Part shown: one piece after another, positions 21,101 to 34,040 of the stretch | How the letters are laid out: the number at the start of each line of letters is the position of its first letter | Numbering within the stretch: position 1 is the first letter of the stretch | Source: Amoebidium appalachense | Lineage: Eukaryota; Protista; Ichthyosporea | DNA length: 64,000 bases | Reading direction: 5' to 3' | NCBI GenBank assembly: GCA_963693365.1 | Contig: CAVNZM010000007.1 | Span: 7,375,962 to 7,439,961, forward strand | Program-made: the position numbers and the translations under genes | The notes under the pieces: model-generated | Told to the model about the DNA's origin: nothing | Database searches by the model: none | The model's input: only the letters and a program-made list of their open reading frames with translations

Positions 21101-21358
21101 CTAGCGGTTTATATACACGCAGGATATGGCTCACAACATCCGATTGGCTACAGGGGAATGTAAAGACCAAATATGGCTAAACTTAAACAGGACCAATCAT
21201 TGCACTTACATTTACGTACAGAGAAGTGATTGGCTAAGCCATACCTAGAGACTAACCAATCGGAATGCAAAGTAGCTGGAATTTCAAATTCCACATGTCA
21301 CTTCGTCGTCGTGGCTGCGGCCGTTCCTCAAAGAAAACCCGTTTAAAAACGAACCATT
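17795..21358. repeat. Copy 1 of a 3.56-kb near-identical direct duplication
   Basis: Matches 22501-26063 (offset ~4705) apart from homopolymer lengths and a few substitutions near the right end. Confidence 0.95.
19947..21358 (-). mobile_element. 1.41-kb non-autonomous element with split direct repeats (Ngaro/PAT/TOC1-like layout), copy 1
   Basis: Minus-strand order: A1 (21358-20973, 386 bp), 380 bp unique, B1 (20592-20493, 100 bp), A2 (20492-20107), 60 bp unique, B2 (20046-19947), then an A-run. Repeat A has several CCAAT boxes and a TATA-like GTATATAAAC. Confidence 0.6.
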
Positions 21359-21660
21359 TTATATATGTATATTGGTCCCCCTAGACTAATACCGGGATCA
21401 CCCTAAACCAGTCAAATGGTGGTTTATGGGGCCAATACATACATCAATGTGCTCAGCACGTCAAGGGGGTTAAGGATCATGCTTGATCATGAGTCTAGGG
21501 AGAATTTAGGGGGGTCTAGGGGGCTAACTATGAAAATACCTAAATCCCCCACAACTCAACTTCCAATAAACATTTTTTTCCGGAAATAGGCTGCAAAGAT
21601 GCGTCTCCCCAAGGACTACTCATCTGTTAAAAAAAAAATCTAAAACTCAAAAAGACTATA

Positions 21661-21686
21661 CCCTAAACCCTAAACCCTAAACCCTA
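21661..21686. repeat. Short interstitial (CCCTAAA)n telomere-like run
   Basis: ccctaaa ccctaaa ccctaaa cccta. Confidence 0.8.
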
Positions 21687-22073
21687 CCCGGTACACATAC
21701 ACACGTGGCACATGCTGACACATAGGGCCACAAAGACAACTTACACTGCAGTACCTTTTCCAATTTTGTCAATGATTTTAGTTTAATTTCAACTATGATC
21801 TAATTATAATTTACCGATCCCAGCCCGTAGCTAGTCCCCCAGACACATTTTGTACAGGGATTAATGCAAATTGATTGGCCACTCCCGCTGGTAAAAAGAC
21901 TACCGCACGGCCGCACACAAAGCCACATGTATGCACGTGCACACACACACACACAATCTGACGCATGCACAAGCACACAGTGCATGAGTACATGCAAGTT
22001 ACCCTGGCATTTTTTAATATGACGCTTTTGGACGCCGCGGATGGTTGGGTAGTGTATGTGTGTATGCACACGT

Positions 22074-22120
<47 letters not shown>

Positions 22121-22238
22121 GGGAGAGGGGGAGGAAGCGTGGGGGTCGCTTGTTCACTTCAGCAGGATTTGCCTGGGCTAGTCGGCCTGCAATGAGGCTC
22201 TCCCCCCCCCTCCTCCCGCCTCCCCCAACACACCACCA

Positions 22239-22314
<76 letters not shown>

Positions 22315-22500
22315 AACCCCATGGCCATTCCCTCCCACCTTCCCACATTCCGGGGCCCACTTTTGGATTTAAAAAAGTGACACTGTCCGGTCTATACAAA
22401 ACCAGCAGCTAAAACTAATTTAACGAATCCTCACATCCAGTCCAATGCTGCACATGCATGCATGTGCAAGGTAAAGGACAGGGGTATATTTATGTTGTCC

Positions 22501-22831
22501 AAGACCTCACTGTTTAACCACACATCTTGAAACTAGTTATATTAAGATCCAGAAGCTCCGGTGTATTTTAAAGTTTATTTTGTTTTATTCTATTTATTTA
22601 TTTCAATACTATTGTTTTTTTGTTTGGGGCAGGGGTGGGGTGGTGGGGGGGGGGGGGGGGGGGGGGGGGGTTAAAGGTAAAGGGCTCTCAGATCATGAGG
22701 GATGATCACTCGAGGGGGGAAACCCACTTAGGTTGTGAGAGAGGAGCCCTCGTGAAGCAATGAAGCAATGAAAAGCCCAAAAGAAGCATGCCCGAGGGGT
22801 GGGGAAAGGGCGGGGAGGGGGGGGGGGAGGT

Positions 22832-22872
<41 letters not shown>

Positions 22873-25800
22873 GGACAAGAGATAGCTGTTCAAACATATT
22901 TACAAGACAAGGTGGGAGTGACCTCGACTGGGAAGGGTTTTTATGTGTGTGTGTGTGCGTGCGTGTGTGTGTTTTTAAGAAGGAGGAGGAGGGGGGGGGG
23001 GGGGGGAGGAGGAGGGGGAGGGGGGATGTATGCTTTAGATGGGGAGTAGGAATCATTAAAAGGCTAAACACAAAACGTCATGGCATGGGGATCGGATCGA
23101 AACGTATAAGAGAACTGTTGTGTGGGTTGCGAAGAAGTTGTTCCAAATTCATCCTCTGAATTAGCTACATGACGCAAGTCAACCCGTTTTGGCCGAAACG
23201 AGCAGGGTTTTTGTTGTTGGTTCAGGGGTGGGTGGGTGGGTGGGTGGGTGGGTTGGGGGGGGGGGGGGGGGGGGAGGGGGGGGGGGGGATCCCGCGAGTT
23301 GTTTATGCCGAAAGGGTAATTTTGGTTGGACAGGTAAAGAGACCTCAAACACGTCGAAGGGTTGTTGTTGGTATCCCCATAGCTTTGAACACAACAGCTG
23401 CCAGCTCTGAGAGTTCCCACAGTGGAATTTACCGGTCTTCTTTATTTGCTTTCACTTCACATGTACACCGTTCGACAACGGTATGATTCTTCGTTCTTCT
23501 TGTGAGGTGTGTGTGAAACATGAGACAATGTATATGCATTTGTGAAACCTCAAACAAAATACGCAGAGTGCTATCCACCCATAGACAAAGCTTGGCGCAT
23601 CAAAGGCCGGGTCTACACATAACTAAAGTCTGTCGAAACAACACGACCGTTTGCGTCAAACAGAGGCAGGCACCCAACTTCGGATGCTATTTGCATTGGT
23701 AACCAAACTGTCGTGTGTATTACGCTGTCAATCCCATCTGCAGGTATTTCGCTTAAGTGCGTCCTTTTCTCTCGTAGTACAACAGTAGCAAACATGAAAT
23801 GCAACATGATATCATAGGCTACCAAGCTAGGCAGAACCTAGGCTACCACCGACACGCTCGATCGTCAGTGGGCCACGTGCAGGTGAGAAAACACCGCCTG
23901 TAGCTGCTTTGTAAACTAATTATTAGTTAACCTCATAGTTGCCCTGTACATGTCTGCTTCCAAAGACTTCTCTTATCATGAACACTCAGAAACACTCGAA
24001 CATCATCCGTCGATTTTTCAATATTCGGTCGAACATATACTTCCACCTAAGGGATCAGAAGACTAGTGCTAAGGCCGTTCTCTGAATGATTTGCTCCCAT
24101 TCTATGTATTGATGTATTTGTGCTAAACAGACGTATCTATTTGACACGGACGTCGTCATTGCGCGCACGACTGCGTGCCGGGCCTGCGGTGTACACGCGT
24201 AAGAACCAAAGAAACACGTGGGGAAAGTGGAAACATTTCAGTCAAGAAAGCTGCCCCCATTCCACGGTTGCATTCCAATTGCAACCGCTGATAAAATGAA
24301 CGAATGGTAGAAGCTCTCTGGTTTTACCCCCGTCGTTGGTATGTTTCCCTAGAAAAAAACAGTGGATATATGTGAACTTCATGTTGCCGGGCAAGTCTTG
24401 TGTTTTCATTTTAACCATTCACATGCACAATATATATCTGAACTATACAAGTAATTTTTTTTCCGCGTATCTTTATGGCTGAATTAATTCTTTGAATGAA
24501 ATGTCCTTCAGCTTTCGGCTGCCTTCCCTTAACTGCTGTTACAACTGCCTGCGGCACACGCACGCATGTGCACGGGCACTTCGGGAGTATATGATGAGAA
24601 TGAGATATACCTGGGATATGACCATATGGATCAGTTGGATGAAGTTTTTTTCTTGTGCCGTCACTCTTTACTCGCCCCAGCAAGGGGATAGATTACTTGC
24701 TGTGTCGTGTGTAGATGCCTAGGCTGCATACACAAACACATGTGCTCTCCAAGGAGACACATTTTAGATGGCAGGCCATCACCACAGTCACTCAAGGGAG
24801 GGTGGGCGGGAAAAACAAAATACTTAACTAGAGAAAACAACCGTTTACGGGCCTCAGGAGGCCCTGCCAACTTGCTAGACTAAGGACACATTCTGCTCAG
24901 GAGCAGTGCCAGCGACTGAGAGGCCTACGAATCTGCGGGCTAGCGGTTTATATACACGCAGGATATGGCTCACAACATCCGATTGGCTACAGGGGAATGT
25001 AAAGACCAAATATGGCTAAACTTAAACAGGACCAATCATTGCACTTACATTTACGTACAGAGAAGTGATTGGCTAAGCCATACCTAGAGACTAACCAATC
25101 GGAATGCAAAGTAGCTGGCAGTTCGAATTCCACATGTCACTTCGTCGTCGTGGCTGCGGCCGTTCCTCAAAGAAAACCCGTTTAAAAACGAACCATTCTT
25201 GTGCCGTCACTCTTTACTCGCCCCAGCAAGGGGATAGATTACTTGCTGTGTCGTGTGTAGATGCCTAGGCTGCATACACAAACACATGTGCTCTCCACAC
25301 CTCCCATGCTGGCGCAATGCAAAGGGCGCCGTAACAAAAATGTTTGCAAATAAACAGGCAGAGCGGACAACTGGTTGGAACGCTCGCATGCTGAGTGTTA
25401 ACCCGCGCGTACAGAACCAAACAGCCGCCCAGGGACTGAAGAGTCGAGGGCGAGGACGGCTAAGGAGACGTCCCAAAACGAAAATAGGTTGCCAAAAGGC
25501 AGGCCAGGGCCGAAACGTGTGGGGGGGCAGAGCGTCAGAGTGGCGGAACAAGGGTGTGAAGCCAACATGGCCATCGCCAGAAGTCAGTTTAAGCCAGCAA
25601 GGGGCCAGGCGGACAGCTGTGTCGAGGGGCAGTGCTGCACGTGAAGAGTCGCGACGCCATGGCAGCATAAACGGTGTAAAACAAAATACTTAACTAGAGA
25701 AAACAACCGTTTACGGGCCTCAGGAGGCCCTGCCAACTTGCTAGACTAAGGACACATTCTGCTCAGGAGCAGTGCCAGCGACTGAGAGGCCTACGAATCT

Positions 25801-26063
25801 GCGGGCTAGCGGTTTATATACACGCAGGATATGGCTCACAACATCCGATTGGCTACAGGGGAATGTAAAGACCAAATATGGCTAAACTTAAACAGGACCA
25901 ATCATTGCACTTACATTTACGTACAGAGAAGTGATTGGCTAAGCCATACCTAGAGACTAACCAATCGGAATGCAAAATAGCTGGCAGTTCGAATTCCACA
26001 TGTCACTTCGTCGTCGTGGCTGCGGCCGTTCCTCAAAGAAAACCCGTTTAAAAACGAACCATT
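22501..26063. repeat. Copy 2 of the 3.56-kb direct duplication
   Basis: Starts aagacctcactg and ends aaaacgaaccatt, like copy 1. The ORF track shows the same ORFs twice. Confidence 0.95.
24652..26063 (-). mobile_element. Split-direct-repeat element, copy 2
   Basis: Same A1-u-B1-A2-u-B2 layout, offset by 4705 bp. Confidence 0.6.
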
Positions 26064-27094
26064 GAAAGAACAAAGAATGCCACATATACATTTGACACAA
26101 CTCTGACCTTCAGTAACATATAAACGTTTTCACAGGTCATTTTTGAAGTCTTTTATCTGGGTTTTTTCTTTTTGATAATGATATGCAAGATTTTGGGCCA
26201 AATAAAAGTGGTTCGGAGCACTGCGCTGCGCACTTTGTTTCGTTCTCTGTTTGTGCCTCCCTTAATCATTAGCATGTTTGGATTGTCGTCTGCTGTTTGT
26301 CGTATGGAGGAATTGTCTCTTCATTTTTGTTTTCATTTAGTTAGGATACCTGATGGTCACCCTCTTTATGCTTTCTTTTCCCCCCCGGCCCTCCCTCCAT
26401 CTATCTTCCCCCCCGATTCACCAACGCCACTTCTGAATGTCCTCAGCCTACCGTCTTTTAACCTGATCCTTCCTCTCGCTATCTCACTCCCTCTTTCTTT
26501 TCTCTTCCTGTTTTTCTGCCTTTTCGAGTTATTACCATACGCAGTTTAAGTTTCTTTCTCGTTCTGATAGAGCCTCGGAAATAAAAGGTAAAACTCAGTC
26601 GGCATGTGTTATGTTCCTTAGGCACCACCGTACTGATCATTATCGCTATTTGGGAGCTTTGGCAGGATACAGTTCTCCTGCTGTACGTATGGATACCACC
26701 CTAGTAGATAAATCTGTATGGTGCTCTGATGTTGATATTGCCTGGGAAGTTGTGCAGTGGCGTTGTAATTCTTGTTCCATCGCCGCTGGTGCCACTTTTG
26801 TGCTGAACTTTTTAATCGAAAGCATGTTGATAGGTGTGAATTTTTATGTCGCGCTTTACCTCTTTCCCTACGGGTGTCTGCTACACTGGCTGGCAATGTG
26901 AACACTTTAGACTTTTTGTTGAATTCTGTTGGTCGTCACATTAAGAATTTATATGAGGGCTTTTGTATTTTCTTCTCCGAGTATCTCAGTATGCACTTGT
27001 TACTGGATAACTCGTGAAGTTTTTATTGCTCTTCTCAGTATGCCGTGCATACTTGCATATCTTTCCGTTGAATAAATCCAGTCAAAAGAAAAGT

Positions 27095-27172
27095 GGTTCA
27101 GAAACTGCCTGTTCATTGGGGTTTACACACTTTTTATTGCGTAAACCCCAATGAACAGGCAGTTTCTGAACC
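27095..27172. repeat. Perfect inverted repeat, 32-bp arms and 14-nt loop
   Basis: ggttcagaaactgcctgttcattggggtttac / gtaaaccccaatgaacaggcagtttctgaacc. Confidence 0.95.
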
Positions 27173-27360
27173 TGTTCATTCAGGGAGTTTGAGGAGACCA
27201 CCTTCCTTTGTCTGACCTCAAACCGAGAAATTCTTCTTATTTCCTCCGTCAACCCAGCTCGAAAACTATTCCCCTAGAAACCTAAATAGGTATATTCGCT
27301 CGAGTTTTACTAGCCCAATAGTTGGTTTTCAACGTTTGCACGTTGAGAGAAACACGGAAA

Positions 27361-29976
27361 ATGAAGGGCATTACGGCCCTTGCGCTCGCCTGCGCCACCT
27401 TGGCCGGGGGGGCTGTAATCAATGTTAAGCCTGGCACGAATTCACTTCGTTCAGCCATGTACGACGCTAAAGATGGGGACACACTGATACTAGCTCCGGG
27501 TGTTTACAACGAAGACCCACCCATTTTCGTAAACAAAACTCTCGAGATCTTTGGCAACCCACACAACAATTCGCTCATAAATGCGTCCATAATCTCCATG
27601 CCACTCACAGCTTTCGACACTGTTTTCAACTTTGGTTCGTGGGAAGTTGTCCTGAACGACCTTGTATTTGCAGACTTGACAAACACATCGCGCGTGTGCT
27701 TTATTGGCACCCCACCCCCAGAAAATAACGTCACCGACACATTCGACATGCAAGCCAATCCAGCGCGGAGCAAAGAGGAGGGAATTCTAAGCTTCACCGC
27801 GGATTTCAGCCATTGGTTTAACTCGCGCAAGGTGAAAGACATAGCGTTTGGCACCGAGTGTACTGTTAGTGATGTTAACGATCTTGAGCTGAAGAGTAAG
27901 TTCATGGTGTATCAGGCGCGCGACTGCCATATGCGGGCAGGGTTCACAGCTTCTCTTAGCTCGTTTTTGAAGTGTGGGCTTGAGGAAAGGAACATCAGCG
28001 CAGTTGTAAACGGAACACTTGTGAACGTGACCGAGTACACGGGGACGGCTGTTGCTCTGTTCGAGCAGGAGGAGGACGACGACAAGAACACAAAGTATCC
28101 CCTGGCGGGCACCGGCGACTCCACGTTCCTGTAAGTGTGCAGCACCCTTTCAAATCTTGCTTTTCACGCTTTCCCGGGCTTTTATTTACAAGCTTGGCCA
28201 GAGTTGCGTGTTGCCTTGTTGTAGCAACTTGGCCCTAGTCATGGTGTAGACTTTCTTTTGTGGCTTAAGGAGATAGTGCAACAAAGAAACTCTTTCCCTT
28301 CTCTGCACTCCGCGCCCCACATCTTTGAAGTTCTGTTAGAAAAGCTATCATGTTCACTAGAAACAGTCACGTAAGCAAACGTCCACGTGGTTTGGGTCTT
28401 CTATGACGGCATGGTTTGCAGAGCGTCCCTTTGTATTTACTCTGCCATATGCTCTGCAGGCTTCTTCTCGGAGAAAACAACTCCACGTACATGCCCGAGT
28501 CTCTCCACAACGTCACCTTCAATGGCACCAACACAACCATTGCTGACGGCAAGTTTGATTACCGCAAACTACTTCTTAAGAACACAACGGAGCCTTCTAA
28601 GACCACGGTGGGCCAAGTTCTCAACATCGGCATCTCGGCTGGTACAAACGGTGCATCGGTGTCCATTCATGTGGTGGCGCCGGCGGTTCCGGTTCCGGCA
28701 GCAACAGCCGCTAGTGGAGAGGAGCCAAAGTATCCCGAGGGACCTAAGGTGGACGGAGAGGAAGAGGAGGAAGAGCCGATGTTCTACAAAGATGACCTCC
28801 CGAGGTTTGACCCCAACTTCCTCTCTCACACTGTGTGCCACACCAATGCCGACCACGCGGACATGGAAAACACGGAGCGGATCTTCACTGCAGGAACCAT
28901 TGTGCACGTGATCACCACCGTTATTCCCCGGCGCAAGGACATTCAGCTCGATGAGATTGCGTTCGGAAACATCACTACCCGCACGCCCGAAGGCAAGTGC
29001 CCAACCCGCCGCCCACTGGATGTCACCCCCGAGGTGGTCGATTTCAACAATCTGGGCAAGCGCGTTACATTCATGTTCGCTCTCACGGACGAGATTGTGT
29101 GCATGGACACAACCACCCCATCAACGGCAGCTGCGGCACCCACGCCGACCTACCCACAGGTCAAGTACACCATTTTCGACGGATCATCGCCGAACATGGA
29201 AACCGCCGCCGCCGCTCAAAGCCCTGTCCGCCGCGAAGCTGGTGCCGTTCCGACTCCGGAGGTTGACCCCAACACTCTTCCCGTCAAGAGCATGATCCGT
29301 CTCCGAGTCCCCATGATGATCAAGTACACGATCATCACGGGACGCCGCCGCCGCCAGGTGATGATGCGCTACACGTCGGTCATCGACAGCATTGACGACC
29401 TTTTTGTTGTCCCCCGCCCACCGCCACCCCCTATTCTGGAAGAGACCCCTTCCAGCCCTGCTTCCGCGGCGGTCGAAACGCATGCTCCCGCCGCACCTGT
29501 TGCACCCCAGGCGCCGGTCGTCAACCAACCACAACCCAGTGTTCAGCACGAAAACCCGGTTTACGCCGCCGCCCCCACCCCCTACCCCCACCCCCACCAC
29601 TGTTCCATCAGAGGGCTCTGCAGCCGCGTCGGCGGAGCCCGAATCGGGGGGCAGCAGCGTTGGTGGAAAGACTATCTTCACTATTATTCTGTCGTGCCTT
29701 TTGGTGGTGGGTCTGGGTGCTGGTTTCTTCCTCTATCGTAGACGCGCTAAGCGCAATGCCGTGGGTGCGTTCAGTCGCATGGGTTCTGATGTCACAAAGA
29801 GTTCTGCTCTTAGCTCTACGCACATGCAAGGTGGAAAATCCGATGCAGAATTCAGGTCGAATTCGGACTTCAAGTCTAACGCGAAACTCGACCCCATGCA
29901 CTCAACGGTCGACGTTGCGCCCATCAGCGTGGAGAAGGCGGAGAAGCACGACGATGACGTCATCGATAGGAATTAG
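27361..29976 (+). CDS. Type I membrane/cell-surface glycoprotein. Exons 27361-28130 and 28460-29976, with an apparent 1-nt frameshift near 29570-29600
   Basis: Signal peptide MKGITALALACATLAGG. Pectin-lyase-like start (SLRSAMYDAKDGDTLILAPGVYNE...VNKTLEIFG), many NxS/T sequons, furin-like RRRR and a Pro/Thr stalk. The TM helix IFTIILSCLLVVGLGAGFFLY followed by RRRAKR lies in a different frame. Confidence 0.75.
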
Positions 29977-31030
29977 GCGCTGTCGGCTAGTGCTGTTGCT
30001 TCCTTTTTTTATTATTTTTTTTTTTGATTGAGGGGGGAGGAAGGTTTCTGTCTCTGATTTTCCTTTTTTTGGATGCCGTTCTGAGCTTTCTCGTTATGAT
30101 GCTCTCGTGAAATATGTCATTGCTTTTGACTAATGCGTATTTTAGAAATTTCTGAATTTTGAAAGTGACGGACGGTATGTATTACACGATTAATGATGAT
30201 CCTACATGTGACCACACAAAGTCCTACAAATTGTCTCACCACGTTTCAAAATTTACTACAATTTACATTTTTCCCACACAGCCTAGCAAGCATATGTTAT
30301 GGGCGCATGACAACACCGCAATAGACGTAAAATATGTGGGCATTTGGTGTTTAAATTTGCATCTGAATCCACTATACATCGTTCCTAAAGTTTAATATAT
30401 GCTGAATAACAAATGAACCCTCTCTGTTGAACGGGCTTATTTTCCCGAAGATTGGGCCACGATGTTACACTTCCTGCACACGTCCAGATCCCAAAGACCC
30501 TCCATCCTCTTGCCCCCCCCCCCCCCCCCCCCCCCCCCCTCACCACCACCACCACCACCACCACCACCAAAACCACCAGCATCACCTTTATGCATATGTG
30601 TGGTTTGCACTTTGCATCGTACTGCCCGTTGTGACTGTGTACTTCGTACTCTATGGCGCATTCACCCCCCCCTTCCCCCCCCCCCCCCTCCCCGCCCCCC
30701 GGGAGGGCACCGTCACCAGCACCACCACACTCACCAGTCTTGCTCACGTGATGCCTGCATCCGGAATATGCATGGGAGTCAGTCCTGCTGATGCTGGCGC
30801 ACGTGTCACTCAGGTCTGCAAGCCTTGGTTTATTCTTTTTAATATATCGTGATGTGTGAGTATCTAGATAGCTGGCCCCAGTCGAACCTTGCAACGAGAG
30901 GCTTACATACCCATTGATAGAGGCTTCAAGGTAAACATTGAAGAACCGGCCTTGCCTGAAATTACTGTACGATGTTGATCATCACGAATAATTATCCCCC
31001 CCCCCCTCCCCCCGCACCCTCCCCTTCCCC

Positions 31031-31068
<38 letters not shown>

Positions 31069-31541
31069 TTTACCCCCTCTTCCTCTCCCCCAAAAGCTTG
31101 GTGCCATCCTGGTTACGGAGGTAGGCTAAATATCAGATTTTTGAAATTAAGATTCACCTACCGTAGTCGTTAGTAAACAGTACTGGGCCCTCAAATTAAG
31201 ATTGTAGCTCTTAAGATTCAGGTGGTCTAGACCAACCTGTCTAGTTCTAGAAATAAGATTTTTTTCAGCCCCCCTCTCCCTCCCCCCCGCCCCCCCCCTC
31301 CCCCCGTGGACACACACAGGTGCCACACACCATGATACACACAAACACACAAACACACACACACACAGGCACACGCACACACACACACACAACTCACACA
31401 CACGATAACATGCACACACGCGCATACACACAGAAACGCACAACACACACACAGTGTCACACACACACACACACACACACACCGCACACAAACATATCAT
31501 GATCACACACGCGCTCGCACACACACAAACACACACTCAGT

Positions 31542-31605
<64 letters not shown>

Positions 31606-32630
31606 GCACACACGCACACACGCACACACGCACACACACGCACACATACACACACTCACTACGCACACACACACACACACACATACACACGCACACACAC
31701 ACACACACACTACGTACACCGTAGGCTACGCGTGCGCGCACACATACACACACGCAAAGGCCCCGTGCACAAACATATGAAGCACATTCACAACCACACA
31801 CACCTTAAGGTGAAGACACACTGCGACAACACAGAAATGTGTCACACACAACGTTGAATCTGCCACACACACACAATACGATAATGTGGCGCACACCGAT
31901 GGACACCGCTACATTACATCCAACACACACGCACACGGCCCCACATTGCAACCCCGTCCACATGCACATGCATACATGTGCACCCACCCGAACCCATAGT
32001 TGACACAATCACAGACACACGAAAGATGTGGTTGCATGCACACAACACACACGCACACACACATACAAGGTTTTACACACACAGGCTCCACATACACACA
32101 AAAACGAACCTAAAAATGCATATTCATGCGCACAAGTACCCCAAGTATGCCATAGCCCATTCACACGGTGCTGCATGAAACAGGTGTATAGTTTTTTCAC
32201 TGCACGTGTGCGCGCACTCACCCACGTACACATGAAGCACATCGGGCTTCGGGTTCTGGCATGTGCCAAGTGCTACTGACATTCAAAGCTAACTATACAC
32301 ATGTTGCAGGAGATGCAGCCCCACAGCCGCACTCAAAATCATTATGCACACCCTTAATATCTACGTCCAGCATTTCTCTCTTCTCCGGATCCCCCCTCCC
32401 CCCTCCCCCTCCCCCCTCCCCCCCCTCATAATCCCCCCCCCCAGGTCTCCTCACCCCCGGCCCCCCCCCTCCCCCGATCACTGAGAGCCCTCCCCTCCCC
32501 TCCCCCCCCCCCCCCCCCCCCCCCCCCCCAAGTCTTCCTGGAGGCTCTTTTACGCTCACACTGGCGCATACATGCGCGTCACTGCAATTATCATCCATCA
32601 CCAACACCGAAACACACACACACACACACA

Positions 32631-32691
<61 letters not shown>

Positions 32692-32783
32692 CCTCTCTCT
32701 CCTCTCTCTCTCTCTCTCTCCCCCCCCCCCCCCCCCCTTCTCTCCCCGAGAGTCTCTCTCTCTCTCTTTCTCTCTCTCTCAGA

Positions 32784-32830
<47 letters not shown>

Positions 32831-32868
32831 TCCCTCTCTCTCTCCCCCCCCCCCCCTCTCTCCCCGAG

Positions 32869-32966
<98 letters not shown>

Positions 32967-33080
32967 CCTCTCTTTCTTGGGTGCGGGTGCACATACTACA
33001 TACATACATGACGTCATGACGGTTTCATAATAGACACACTCACCCACGTATACCCACACATACACACACACACACACACA

Positions 33081-33162
<82 letters not shown>

Positions 33163-33571
33163 CGAAAACACACACAGTGAGACACACACCACACACATAC
33201 ATACACATACGTATGTACACACACTCACACACACATATGCCGGTACTTCTAGATCTGTACAATATTATTTCGTGACATACACCACACACACATGCACACA
33301 TGCACACATGCACACACGCACACACGCACACACACATGTATACGTATACACTGGCATGTCAGTGCGTTGAGGCTCAGGCAGACACCAAAAACAACTGCGC
33401 CCAGTGTGCGTGTGTGTCACGGTGTGTGCGTGTGCGTGTGCGTATGTGTGTGTGCGTGCGTGTGTGCGTGCGTGCGTGTGCGTGCGTGTGCGTGTGTGCG
33501 TGCATGTGCTTGCGTGTGTGTGGAGCGCCCGTGTGTGTGTGTGCGTGCGTGTGTGTGTGTGCGTGTGCGTG

Positions 33572-33618
<47 letters not shown>

Positions 33619-33660
33619 GTGTGCGTGTGCGTGTGCGTGTGTGTGTGTCTGTGTGTGTCT

Positions 33661-33717
<57 letters not shown>

Positions 33718-33718
33718 C

Positions 33719-33757
<39 letters not shown>

Positions 33758-33915
33758 GTATTCATCGCTCTCAACGGGAAGGAGTCGGTGATGCCATATC
33801 GGTGCACGTGGCCCAGCGGAAGCTTCGATCGAGAGTGCTATACTATACACTGCTATTTGAGATCTCGAGACGCATACGCTGGCCGCGTAAGGGACCCCCT
33901 ACTATGTGGAGCAAA

Positions 33916-33952
<37 letters not shown>

Positions 33953-33993
33953 AGAGAGAGGCGGGAGAGAAGAGCCCAGCACGGGGAGAGGGT

Positions 33994-34040
<47 letters not shown>

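Noticed and set aside
26172-27017. Hydrophobic short ORFs upstream of the membrane protein
   Set aside because: T-rich low-complexity sequence, no family motif, overlapping ORFs on both strands.
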